A stretch of 19,076 nt of DNA from Thermostichus sp. DRC_bins_24 (GTDB lineage: Bacteria > Cyanobacteriota > Cyanobacteriia > Thermostichales > Thermostichaceae), in assembly GCA_039794845.1 (NCBI GenBank), contig JAUQVK010000071.1:1-19076 (forward strand). The letters are read 5' to 3'. The notes beneath the pieces are model-generated. The model was given only the letters and a program-made list of their open reading frames with translations. It ran no database searches and was not told where the DNA came from. Made by a program: the position numbers and the translations under genes. This document shows, piece after piece, positions 1 to 8,957 of this stretch (positions are counted from its first letter, which is position 1; every line of letters starts with the position of its first letter).

Positions 1-355
1 AACAGTTGGGCGTTCCACCGGTTGAGGGGGTTCATTGAGTACAAGGCTTTGAGGGCGGGTGTGAAGGTTGTTGCGGTCAATCCGGCCTACACCGGTCAAA
101 CGTGCCACCGATGTCTGCCCATTCACCCGGATGTGAAGGGGTAAGCGGTTTGGGTGTGGGCATTGGGGTTGGCGGGGGGATGCGGCTTTTAACGGGGCCA
201 ACCCTATCAAAACAATCGGGCTGTCGGTAATACAGCCTGGAGGCTCCTGGTTATCTTGTGGGTGTGGGTTGAACGAGATAGCCGGAGGGCTACTGAAGGG
301 CTTTTGGAAAGCCCGCGCCGTACTGCGTAAGCCCTCAGTATCGGGAAGACGTTAC
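1..355 (+). pseudogene. tnpB: Degenerate 3' end of an IS200/IS605-family TnpB gene, frameshifted; 5' part lies outside the window
   Basis: Frame 1 from base 1 reads NSWAFHRLRGFIEYKALRAGVKVVAVNPAYTGQTCHRC, the TnpB zinc-ribbon region, and stops at TAA 142-144. Frame 2 resumes at 140 with GKRFGCGHWGWRGDAAFNGANPI, matching the second CxxC and the RuvC-III DxDxNGAxNI motif, both mutated. ORF 269..490 is the tail of this frame. Confidence 0.85.
308..355 (+). mobile_element. IS605-type right end / omegaRNA 3' hairpin remnant
   Basis: AAAGCCCG...TACTG(321-325)-loop-CAGTA(336-340)...CGGG(342-345)...GTTAC(351-355). This subterminal hairpin directly follows the tnpB remnant, as is typical of cyanobacterial IS605 ends. 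The exact boundary is inferred. Confidence 0.6.
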
Positions 356-559
356 TGGAGATTGAATTGCGCGGGGGATCCTCACCCTGTGGGCCTTGGG
401 ATAGACGACTTGCCTCGATACCAGAAATCCAACTGGAATCTTTTGCCTTTGGTCTGCTCCACTATCCTCGAATCCCAGCGGGAGAGCTAAAGTTGCTACA
501 GGATCCCATGTTATCGTTTTGGCTATCCTGCTTTCGTGGTGTGCAAGCAGGTGTAACTC

Positions 560-970
560 ATGACTACGCCTCCTTCTCGACCCACTCTCAATCACGTGTT
601 GATCGTCAAGGATCGCAATGGGCCGAAAGCCTACTGGTTAACGGCTGAGCTGTATTCGCTGGGTCGGGATCCCGGCAACAGCATCCGCATCGACTCGCAG
701 TATGCCTCCCGCCATCACGCCATTTTGGTGAAAACGGAGTCTCCCACTTCCCCGGATGGCTTCACCTACCAAATCATCGACGGTGATATTCAGGGCACCC
801 CCAGTACCAATGGCCTTTACGTGCGGGGGCAGCGGGTGGAATTTCAGGATCTCGAGGATGGGGACGAAATCCAATTTGGCAACGATGCCACCGCCACCTA
901 TTCCCTGCAAACCAAGGACCTGGATGCGATTCTCTCCACCTTTGAAAATACCCAGATCGTCGGCTTATAA
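560..970 (+). CDS. FHA domain-containing protein
   Basis: 136 aa with the FHA signature residues LGR, SRHHA, STNG and the LEDGDEIQFG end motif. Confidence 0.9.
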   Translation: MTTPPSRPTLNHVLIVKDRNGPKAYWLTAELYSLGRDPGNSIRIDSQYASRHHAILVKTESPTSPDGFTYQIIDGDIQGTPSTNGLYVRGQRVEFQDLEDGDEIQFGNDATATYSLQTKDLDAILSTFENTQIVGL

Positions 971-1044
971 GAGCGCTCGAATCCTGGCGGGCAGGGTTTC
1001 TGCACCGTGGTAGGATCAATCTTTGCACACTGTGCATTGCAGGG

Positions 1045-1078
1045 GCCGCTAGACTTTAGCGGCTAGGGTTTTTCTTTC
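1045..1078 (+). terminator. Possible intrinsic terminator or regulatory hairpin between the FHA gene and accC
   Basis: GCCGCTA(1045-1051)-GACTT-TAGCGGC(1057-1063), then TAGGG and a T-rich tract. It also overlaps a TAGACT -10-like hexamer. Confidence 0.3.
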
Positions 1079-1093
1079 GCTTGCTCGCCCCTC

Positions 1094-2446
1094 ATGCCGC
1101 CCATTACCAAGATCCTGATCGCCAACCGGGGTGAAATCGCCCTGCGCATTATCCGCACTTGCCACGAAATGGGAATCCCGACGGTAGCTGTTTATTCCAC
1201 CGCCGATCACAACTCGCTGCACGTGCAACTGGCGGACGAGGCCGTCTGCGTGGGGGATGCCCCGGTGAGCAAGAGCTACCTGAATATCCCGAATATCATC
1301 TCGGCAGCCCTCACCCGTGGGGCCACGGCCATTCATCCGGGCTATGGCTTTCTGGCGGAAAATGCCAAGTTTGCGGAAATGTGTGCAGATCACAACTTGA
1401 TCTTTATCGGCCCTTCCCCCGACTCGATGCGCAAAATGGCGGACAAAGCCACCGCTCGCGAAACCATGCAATCGGTGGGGGTGCCCACAGTGCCCGGCAG
1501 TCGGGGATTGATCGGCTCCGATGATGAGGCGGTGAAGCTGGCGGAAAAAATTGGCTACCCCGTGATCATCAAAGCTACGGCAGGGGGCGGCGGTCGGGGG
1601 ATGCGGGTGGCCAAAGATGCCCAGGATTTGCTGAAAATGATGCGCACTGCCCAGGGAGAAGCCCAGGCAGCCTTCGGAGATGGAGGCATTTACCTGGAGA
1701 AATTCATCGAGCGCCCTCGCCATGTGGAGTTTCAAATCCTGGCGGATACCCAGGGCAATGTGGTGCATTTGTACGAGCGGGATTGTTCCATTCAACGGCG
1801 GCACCAAAAGCTGCTGGAGGAGGCCCCCAGCCCCGCCTTGACGACAGCTCTGCGCACCCGCATGGGGGCTGCTGCGGTTAAGGCGGCCAAGGTGGTGAAC
1901 TATGTGGGGGCGGGCACGGTGGAGTTTTTGCTGGATAAGCACGGCCAGTTTTACTTCATCGAGATGAACACCCGCATCCAGGTGGAACACCCTGTAACGG
2001 AAATGGTGACGGGACTGGATTTAATTGCCGAGCAAATTCGCATTGCCCAAGGGCAAGCCCTCTCCTTTCGCCAGAAGGATGTGCAACTGCGGGGACATGC
2101 CATTGAGTGCCGCATCAATGCCGAGGATCCCAAGCAACAGTTTCGGCCCCACTCCGGCACGATCAGCGCCTATTTGCCTCCGGGGGGGCCGGGGGTGCGT
2201 ATGGACTCCCACATCTACACCGATTACCGCATTCCCCCCTATTACGATTCGCTGCTGGGCAAATTGATCGCCTGGGGGCCCAATCGGGCTGCTGCCATCC
2301 GCCGCATGCAGCGGGCCTTGAGCGAATGTGCCATCACCGGGGTGCCCACCACGATCCCGTTTCACCAGCAGATCCTGCGGCACGAGGCGTTTCTGAAGGG
2401 GGAAGTGTATACCGACTTCATCCCGCAGCACATGCCTTTGGGGTAG
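1094..2446 (+). CDS. accC: Acetyl-CoA carboxylase, biotin carboxylase subunit
   Basis: 450 aa; [68 protein letters not shown]. Confidence 0.98.
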   Translation: MPPITKILIANRGEIALRIIRTCHEMGIPTVAVYSTADHNSLHVQLADEAVCVGDAPVSKSYLNIPNIISAALTRGATAIHPGYGFLAENAKFAEMCADHNLIFIGPSPDSMRKMADKATARETMQSVGVPTVPGSRGLIGSDDEAVKLAEKIGYPVIIKATAGGGGRGMRVAKDAQDLLKMMRTAQGEAQAAFGDGGIYLEKFIERPRHVEFQILADTQGNVVHLYERDCSIQRRHQKLLEEAPSPALTTALRTRMGAAAVKAAKVVNYVGAGTVEFLLDKHGQFYFIEMNTRIQVEHPVTEMVTGLDLIAEQIRIAQGQALSFRQKDVQLRGHAIECRINAEDPKQQFRPHSGTISAYLPPGGPGVRMDSHIYTDYRIPPYYDSLLGKLIAWGPNRAAAIRRMQRALSECAITGVPTTIPFHQQILRHEAFLKGEVYTDFIPQHMPLG

Positions 2447-2506
2447 CAATCAAGCGATCATGAGTCGGGATCCCACCTTGGGTCAGCACTTCGTTAAGGT
2501 TAAGGG

Positions 2507-3472
2507 ATGAGGGATCCCCAGCCACTCCAGAATCAGACCGTGCCCCCGAGCCTCAGCCGGTTGGTGGGGCAGTTTCTGCAGGAACGGGAGCGGGATCTGG
2601 CCCCGGCCAGCCGCCGTACCTATCGCATTGCCCTGGAACAATTTGCCAAAACCTGTCCCGTGCCGCTGGAGCAGATTCAACCGCTGCACGTCCAGGTATT
2701 TTTGAACGGATTGAAGGGGCGTCCCTTTCAGAGCCGTTCCGGCCAGTGGATCCATCCCCCTGCTTCTCCGGCCACCTACAACCTAAAGCGGCTGGCGTTG
2801 CAACAGTTTTTTGAATGGGCCAACCAACGGGGTTATTTCCAAAACCCCTTGCCTACCCAAGCGATTCGGGCTGCCCGCCTCCCCCCTCGGTTGCCCCGCG
2901 ATCTGGATCGGCTGCTGTTGCAGCGGGTTTTGCAGCGGGCTCAAAGCCATTCGCTGCGCTATGCCGCCCTGATTCGTCTGATGCTGGAGTGTGGCTTACG
3001 GGCACAGGAGCTGTTGGACTTGACCATTCAAGATTTTCAAATCAGCCCTGAGGGATCCCTGTTGGAAGTACGCTGTGGCAAGGGCAGCAAACCGCGGGCG
3101 GTGGCGGTAGGGGATCCCCTCTCGGAGTTGCTGCAACAGTATTTGAACCTAGAACGAGGCCTGTACGCCCCCACGGATCCTTTGTTTGTCTCCCAATCTC
3201 GCTGTTTGGCCTACCGGGGGAAACCCCTCACCTACGATGGCCTGCGCCACATTGTCTTAAAGCTCACGGAACCGGAACCGGGCCAACAAACCCCCCACCA
3301 ATTCCGCCACAGTTTTGCCACCCTACTTTTGGATCGCGGTGTTGCCCCGGAACATATTCAGCATCTGCTTGGCCATACCACTGCCGCCATGACGATGCGC
3401 TACACTCAGCGGGCCAATTTGAGAGCAGCAATCGCTCGTTCTCGTGAGGTTTTGGATCAAGGGTTGGTCTAA
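2507..3472 (+). CDS. Tyrosine recombinase, XerC/XerD-like
   Basis: 321 aa; N-terminal SAM-like core-binding region and a complete catalytic set: GLR, GKGSK, HQFRH, LLGH, RY. Confidence 0.93.
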   Translation: MRDPQPLQNQTVPPSLSRLVGQFLQERERDLAPASRRTYRIALEQFAKTCPVPLEQIQPLHVQVFLNGLKGRPFQSRSGQWIHPPASPATYNLKRLALQQFFEWANQRGYFQNPLPTQAIRAARLPPRLPRDLDRLLLQRVLQRAQSHSLRYAALIRLMLECGLRAQELLDLTIQDFQISPEGSLLEVRCGKGSKPRAVAVGDPLSELLQQYLNLERGLYAPTDPLFVSQSRCLAYRGKPLTYDGLRHIVLKLTEPEPGQQTPHQFRHSFATLLLDRGVAPEHIQHLLGHTTAAMTMRYTQRANLRAAIARSREVLDQGLV

Positions 3473-5325
3473 TGGTATCCTGCTGCTTGCAAAGAAAACA
3501 GGTGGGCATAGCGTCCCCCCAGGGCTAGCAATTCTGCATGGGATCCCTGCTCGACGATTCGTCCTTCTTCCATCACCGCGATTTGATCGGCCATGCGCAC
3601 GGTGGAGAACCGGTGGGAGATCAAAATGGCGATCTGGTTCCGGGTTAGGGCATGGAGGCGCTCAAAAATTTCATATTCTGCCTCTGCATCCATGGCAGCA
3701 GTGGGCTCATCCAACACCAAAATATCCGCCTGTGAACGCATGAAGGCTCGGGAGAGGGCGATCTTCTGCCACTGGCCCCCCGAGAGTTCCTCCCCATCTC
3801 GAAACCATTTGCCCAACTGAGCATCAAACCCTTGGGGGAGTTCCTCGATAAAGGGACGCGCCATGCCCTTTTCGGCGGCCAACACCCAGCGGGGGCGCTC
3901 CTGTAAATGCTGCACATCCCCCAAGCCAATATTCTCTCCAGCCGTAAATTGATAGCGAACAAAGTTCTGAAAGATCACCCCGATGCGCCGGTGCAAGACC
4001 TCTAAATCCCACTTTTGCAGATCCAATCCATCCAGAGTAATGCGCCCTGAATCGGGGGGGTACATGCGCACCAGCAAATTGATCAGGGTGGTTTTTCCGG
4101 AGCCGTTTTTGCCCACCAAGGCCAATTTTTCTCCCGGGCGAATGTGTAGCCAAATGTTCTGTAAGGCCGTTTTGGGGCTGTTGGGATAGCGAAAGCTCAC
4201 CCCCTCAAAACGGATGCCATCCCCTGGAATAGGGCCATGATCTGCACCTTCTGGGCGAGGCGGGATCCGTAACTCCAAAAACTCGTACAAATTGGACAGA
4301 TACAGCGCATCTTCGTAAAGGCCACCCAGGGATCCCAGCAAAGTCGAAAGGGTGGTTTGGCCCTGGCGAAACACCGTCAGGTACAGGGTCATATCCCCCA
4401 GAGAAATGCTTCCTGCCACCGTCTCCAGCACAATCCAGGCATAGGCCCCATAAAAAGTGAGGATGCCCAGGGATCCCAGGCCAAAACTCCAAGCCCCGCG
4501 CCGCAGGGTTAGGTCGTGCCCCTCCTGATAAAGCCTTTGAAAAATATCCCGATAACGCTGCAAAAACAGCGGCCCCAACTGATAGAGCTTGACCTCCCGG
4601 GCAAAATCCTCACGGGCGATCAGGGTTTCCAGATACACCTGCTGTCGGGTTTCCGGGGCGCGCCGGCGAAAGATCCGAAACGCCTCTCCGGCAAACCGGG
4701 TCTCGGCGATAAAACCGGGTAACGCTGCCAAAAAGAGGATCCCGACCGCCCAGGGGGAAAAGGCCAGCAACAATCCCCCCAAAGTCAGCAACGACAACAG
4801 GTGCTTCACCAAAGCAAAGCTGCCCGTCACCAAGCTGATCGGGCGGCTAGAGGCCTCCTGACGAGCCCGCGTCATCTGGTCATAAATTTCGGAGTTCTCA
4901 AACTGGGCCAATTCCAGGGTGAGGGCTTTCTCCAGGATCAACACGTTCACCTGCTGTCCCAACAGCACCCGCAGCAAAGATTGACAGGTTTGGAGCCCTT
5001 GTTGGGTGGCCGCTTGCGCCACGAGGATCCCGGCTTCCATGGCTACATAGCGCAACGCCAACTGCCGGTCCGCAGTTTCCCCGGTTTGAGCCGCCAGCAC
5101 CACCCCATCTACGATCAGCTTGCCGGTATAAGCGATGGCCGCCGGTAATACCCCCGAGATCAGGGTCAGCCCCGCCAGGATCAGCGTTAGCCCACGATGG
5201 GTTGTCCACACCAGTCCGACGGCCCGCCACCCATAGCGGAGCAGCGACATGGGCGATTGTAGAGAGCGTATGTCTCGCCAATTGGGGGAAGGTTGATAGC
5301 GCGTACGCAAGGGGGACTTGAACAT
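3469..5325 (-). CDS. ABC transporter, fused permease + ATP-binding (exporter type)
   Basis: 618 aa; N-terminal TM helices, Walker A GKNGSGKT, signature LSGGQWQ, Walker B LVLDEP, H-loop SHR. The stop codon overlaps the recombinase stop (CTAA 3469-3472). The true start may be a downstream Met. Confidence 0.95.
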   Translation of the reverse strand: MFKSPLRTRYQPSPNWRDIRSLQSPMSLLRYGWRAVGLVWTTHRGLTLILAGLTLISGVLPAAIAYTGKLIVDGVVLAAQTGETADRQLALRYVAMEAGILVAQAATQQGLQTCQSLLRVLLGQQVNVLILEKALTLELAQFENSEIYDQMTRARQEASSRPISLVTGSFALVKHLLSLLTLGGLLLAFSPWAVGILFLAALPGFIAETRFAGEAFRIFRRRAPETRQQVYLETLIAREDFAREVKLYQLGPLFLQRYRDIFQRLYQEGHDLTLRRGAWSFGLGSLGILTFYGAYAWIVLETVAGSISLGDMTLYLTVFRQGQTTLSTLLGSLGGLYEDALYLSNLYEFLELRIPPRPEGADHGPIPGDGIRFEGVSFRYPNSPKTALQNIWLHIRPGEKLALVGKNGSGKTTLINLLVRMYPPDSGRITLDGLDLQKWDLEVLHRRIGVIFQNFVRYQFTAGENIGLGDVQHLQERPRWVLAAEKGMARPFIEELPQGFDAQLGKWFRDGEELSGGQWQKIALSRAFMRSQADILVLDEPTAAMDAEAEYEIFERLHALTRNQIAILISHRFSTVRMADQIAVMEEGRIVEQGSHAELLALGGRYAHLFSLQAAGYH

Positions 5326-5374
5326 CGGTGCCGGCAGGGATCCCGATCAACAACAACGCTCGAATCTTTTCTTT

Positions 5375-5848
5375 CTAATCTTTGGACTCTTTGGACTCGG
5401 GTGGAGGGAGTGTGCGCACCAACCAGCGCCGCAGCGGATGCCGCACGGGAAAGGAGAGGATCCACCGGGATTGCCGCTCCAACATCACCCGCTCCATCGG
5501 GTAAAGGCCGAACAGCTCATAGCGACTTTGGGCGATCAAGATCCCCAGCGTGAAGCTGACGCACAGAAGCAACCCCAAGGTGGGCCAACCAGGCCGATAA
5601 AACAGGGCAAAGCGCAGGCCCGTCCAGGTGAAGTAGTCGAGCAGCCGACCCAGATCCACCCGCAAAGCCCACAGGCTGGGGATCCCGATCAACATCCACA
5701 ACAAGCCCAAAAAGACAAAGCTCCCACCGTGGTAAAGACGCAACAAGCGCTTCGCTGCTGGAGAAAGCGACTGAATACCAGAAGTCCGCTTACCCTCGAC
5801 TGAGCCAGGATCGGTGGGAGATGGCATGGGGAGCCTAGTTTTCAACAT
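5375..5848 (-). CDS. Hypothetical membrane protein (2-3 TM segments)
   Basis: 157 aa ATG ORF with hydrophobic helices (SFVFLGLLWMLIGIPSLW; LGLLLCVSFTLGILI); co-directional with the ABC gene. Confidence 0.75.
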   Translation of the reverse strand: MLKTRLPMPSPTDPGSVEGKRTSGIQSLSPAAKRLLRLYHGGSFVFLGLLWMLIGIPSLWALRVDLGRLLDYFTWTGLRFALFYRPGWPTLGLLLCVSFTLGILIAQSRYELFGLYPMERVMLERQSRWILSFPVRHPLRRWLVRTLPPPESKESKD

Positions 5849-5925
5849 CCCATTCTAAGCAGGTCTTCGCCATAATAGCCTTATCGGCTAGGATCCCTGA
5901 ATCCAACGGCCCACCCCACGAGGAT

Positions 5926-6315
5926 ATGAGCGACCCGACTCTGCAAGACCTGAAAGACTTAATCATCGCCTCAGACAAAAAAATAGATCTGCAGTTTTTG
6001 CAACTTCAATCTGAACTCCAAGAAGTACGAGCTGAGGTTAGACAGGTAGAGACCAAATTGACAGGGGAAATTCAGCAGTTAGAAGAACGGGTTGATGGCA
6101 TAGAAGCCAAACTGACGGTAAAAATTGATGGATTCGAGTCAACCTTGACAGAGAAAATTAATACTGTTGAAGAGAAACTCATTGCAAAAATTGATGGTTT
6201 GAGTAAACGAATGGACTTTCAAGAATTTATCAGTAGAGGCGCCATCATAACTCTAGTCGGCGGCTCCATTACAGGCTTTGTTAAATATTTGTTTTTCAGC
6301 GATGGAAGTCTGTAA
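5926..6315 (+). CDS. Coiled-coil repeat protein with C-terminal membrane anchor (DUF1640/Bdr-like architecture)
   Basis: 129 aa; GAGG RBS just upstream; 11-residue repeats (IEAKLTVKIDG, FESTLTEKINT, VEEKLIAKIDG); hydrophobic C-terminus; low GC. Confidence 0.8.
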   Translation: MSDPTLQDLKDLIIASDKKIDLQFLQLQSELQEVRAEVRQVETKLTGEIQQLEERVDGIEAKLTVKIDGFESTLTEKINTVEEKLIAKIDGLSKRMDFQEFISRGAIITLVGGSITGFVKYLFFSDGSL

Positions 6316-6329
6316 CCCCTGGAGAGACA

Positions 6330-7352
6330 TTAGCCCTCTGCCTCAGAGGGAAGCTGTTCCGGTTCTGCATCCCCACCTGCCTCTACCTCCGCGACAATGC
6401 GAGCCGAGCGCTGCTGCCGCCACCACACCAACAGGGGGCTGGCGATAAAAATGCTGGAATAAACCCCTAAGGCAAACCCCACCAGCAGAGCAACGGCAAA
6501 CCCCTTCAAGGTGGCCCCCCCCAGAACGGCAATGGCAACTAGGGGCAACATCGTGGTCAGGGTGGTGTTCAAGGAACGAGCAAAAGTTTGGTTCAAAGAT
6601 AGGTTCACCACCTCGGCAAAGCTGACTTTGCGGCTGATCAGCCGGCGATTTTCCCGGATGCGGTCGTAGATCACCACTGTGTCATTGACGGAAAAGCCAA
6701 TGATGGTAAGCAGAGCCACCACAAACAAGCTATCCACCTCAACGCCCACCGTCAGACCCAGGAGGGCAAACAGCCCCATCGTCAGCACCACATCGTGCAA
6801 GAGGGCCAAGATGGCAAATACCGCGTAATCCAGCTGGAAGCGCAGGGTCAAATAGACCACGATCAACCCGAAGGAAATCAGCACCGCCAAAATGCCGGAA
6901 CGCAGTAGTAGGCGTCCCACCGTCGGGCCCACAGTTTCCACCAAATTGCGCTCAAACGGGCCCACCTCCTGCCGTAGGGTGGCTTCCACCGCCAGCCGTT
7001 CCTCCTCCAAAAGGGGGGGCATACGGATCAGGGCTTCTCGGCTGGTATCGGTATCCAGTTGAATGATGCTGCTGCCCAAGTTGTGGACTTGCAGGGCCTG
7101 CCGCACTTCCTCCGTGGTGACGGGCCGCTCAAAGCTTAAATCCAAAAGGGTGCCGCCGGAAAAGTCCAACCCCAAGCGCAGGGGGGTGCCAAAGGAGGCC
7201 AATGAGAAGGCCATGCTGGTTAGCCCCACCGCCAACACCGCCAAGGAGAGGGTAAACCAGAGCTTGCTGCGCTTGACGATATCGAAGCGGTAGCCGAGAG
7301 CAGTGGGGGCCTGCAGAGCCGGATCCGTCGGGGATATCTCTTGGGTGGTCAT
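6330..7352 (-). CDS. secF: Protein translocase subunit SecF
   Basis: LGLDFSGGT, VGPTVG, HDV, GFSVNDTVVIYDRIRE, RSLNT. Start placed at ATG 7352 (MTTQEIS), which overlaps the secD TGA as ATGA, rather than the track start at 7538. Confidence 0.96.
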   Translation of the reverse strand: MTTQEISPTDPALQAPTALGYRFDIVKRSKLWFTLSLAVLAVGLTSMAFSLASFGTPLRLGLDFSGGTLLDLSFERPVTTEEVRQALQVHNLGSSIIQLDTDTSREALIRMPPLLEEERLAVEATLRQEVGPFERNLVETVGPTVGRLLLRSGILAVLISFGLIVVYLTLRFQLDYAVFAILALLHDVVLTMGLFALLGLTVGVEVDSLFVVALLTIIGFSVNDTVVIYDRIRENRRLISRKVSFAEVVNLSLNQTFARSLNTTLTTMLPLVAIAVLGGATLKGFAVALLVGFALGVYSSIFIASPLLVWWRQQRSARIVAEVEAGGDAEPEQLPSEAEG

Positions 7353-8695
7353 GATTGCACCGCCTCCATCCGGACACCATAAAACTGAGGTTTGCGCAAA
7401 CTGGGGATCCCCATTGCCGCCATCAGTAGGGTACGGGTACAGGTGAGGGCCGTAAAGAAGCTCACCAAAATGCCGATGCCGAGGGTGACGGCAAAGCCCT
7501 TCACCAGACCTATCCCCAGCCAAAAGAGAACGCCACAAACCAAGAGGGTGGTGACGTTGCTGTCCAAAATGCTGCTGAAGGCGCGGTTAAACCCTTCCGA
7601 GATCGACTTGTAGAGGGATTTGCCGGATCGCAGCTCTTCTTTGATGCGCTCGAAAATCAGCACATTGGCATCCACTGCCATGCCGATACTGAGGATAAAG
7701 CCCGCGATCCCCGGCAGGGTCATGGTTACCCCTAACAACTGAAATAGGGCAAAGGTGCAGAGGGCGTAAATGAGCAGCGCCACATCGGCAATCAAGCCCG
7801 GCAGCCGGTAGTAGCTCACCATAAAAATGAACACCAGCACAATGCCCCCAATGCCGGCGTAGAGGCTGCGCCGCACACTCACCTCTCCTAGGGTGGCCCC
7901 AACGGTGCGGTTCTCGATCACCTGGATGCGAGCCGGCAATGCCCCCGCCTTTAGTTTGACGGCTAGATCATTAGCGGTTTCTACCGTAAAGTTGCCCGTG
8001 ATCACCGCCGTTCCACCGGTAATGCCGGTACGGGCAAACTCCGCCCCCACCACCGGCGCACTGATCAGCGCATCATCCAGAAAAATACCAATTGGGCGAC
8101 CGGTGCCCGCCAGTTCTCGGGTTAACCGGGTGAATTTTTCCGCCCCTTCGGGCTTAAACTCCAGCAACACCTCCCAATTCTGGGATCCGCGGCGGGGGGC
8201 TTGGGGATAGGCATTGCGCAGCAGATCCCCGGTTAGGCCAACGTGTTCAAACAACGCATCGGGATCCTCGCCGGCGGTGATTTCCCCCAATTCGGTGCGG
8301 GGGAGCGTGTTGGCGGGAACCAACCCTTTGCGAAAATCCAGCTGGGCGGTATCTCCCAAGAGGGCAATGGCCCGATCCGGATCCGCCACCCCCGGCAACT
8401 GCACGAACAGGCGATCCTGTCCGCTGATCTGCACCAGAGGCTCCGCCACCCCTAGGCCGTTGATTCGCTGCTGGATAACCGCCTCTACCCCTTGCATGAC
8501 ATCGGGTGTGATCTCAGTCACCTCTTCGGTGGGCAGGGCTTGGAGGGTGAGTTGGGTTCCCCCCTTTAGATCAAGGCCTAGGCGTACCTCGCGGCTAAAG
8601 CCTACGTACACAAGCGCCACCACCACCGCCAGGATGAGGATCAGCCCCCGCAGGAAGGCAAGCCGACTGAAGAATGAACCCGAGGATTTAACCAT
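7349..8695 (-). CDS. secD: Protein translocase subunit SecD
   Basis: LGLDLKGG, RINGLGVAEP, AGALP, GMAVDANVLIFERIKEE, DSNVTT, VKGFAVTL. Start uncertain: ATG 8695 (MVKSSG) chosen; ATG 8758 has an upstream AGGA and is an alternative. Confidence 0.95.
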   Translation of the reverse strand: MVKSSGSFFSRLAFLRGLILILAVVVALVYVGFSREVRLGLDLKGGTQLTLQALPTEEVTEITPDVMQGVEAVIQQRINGLGVAEPLVQISGQDRLFVQLPGVADPDRAIALLGDTAQLDFRKGLVPANTLPRTELGEITAGEDPDALFEHVGLTGDLLRNAYPQAPRRGSQNWEVLLEFKPEGAEKFTRLTRELAGTGRPIGIFLDDALISAPVVGAEFARTGITGGTAVITGNFTVETANDLAVKLKAGALPARIQVIENRTVGATLGEVSVRRSLYAGIGGIVLVFIFMVSYYRLPGLIADVALLIYALCTFALFQLLGVTMTLPGIAGFILSIGMAVDANVLIFERIKEELRSGKSLYKSISEGFNRAFSSILDSNVTTLLVCGVLFWLGIGLVKGFAVTLGIGILVSFFTALTCTRTLLMAAMGIPSLRKPQFYGVRMEAVQS

Positions 8696-8957
8696 ATGCT
8701 GGAGGTGTGAAGAACGCTGGCGCACCCCACCTGAACCGCGCAGGATTTTGGCGCTCATTGATCCTATCTCACACGGGATCCCCGGCTTGACAATGCTAGG
8801 AAGCGTGAAGGTAACGGCGGGGACCCGAAAGGATTGGGTGGGTTCCATCTGATGCGGCATCTCTGAATTTTCGTCAAGCCACTTGACCAGAGGATTCAGA
8901 CGGGTTCTTGACCATCCTCGAATGTGGACATTGGGTTTGAGTTGGGGATCCCCTGTG

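Noticed and set aside
269..648. Short ORFs 269..490, 335..595 and 367..648
   Set aside because: 269..490 is read-through of the frameshifted tnpB across the IS end. The others have no recognisable motifs and overlap the FHA gene.
1049..2449. Long antisense ORFs opposite accC (313 aa, 142 aa), and similar ones opposite secD, treY and ALDH
   Set aside because: Shadow ORFs expected from GC-rich codon bias; the opposite strand carries the clear conserved protein.
2485..2506. CACTTCGTTAAGGTTAAGG upstream of the recombinase as a dif/lox-like site
   Set aside because: No 11-13 bp inverted arms around a 6-8 bp spacer, and no second copy found.
3469..6315. RiPP/bacteriocin cluster built from the ABC exporter, small ORFs and the distant C39 peptidase
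   Set aside because: No precursor peptide or modifying enzyme is visible, the ABC lacks an N-terminal C39 domain, and the peptidase is over 12 kb away.
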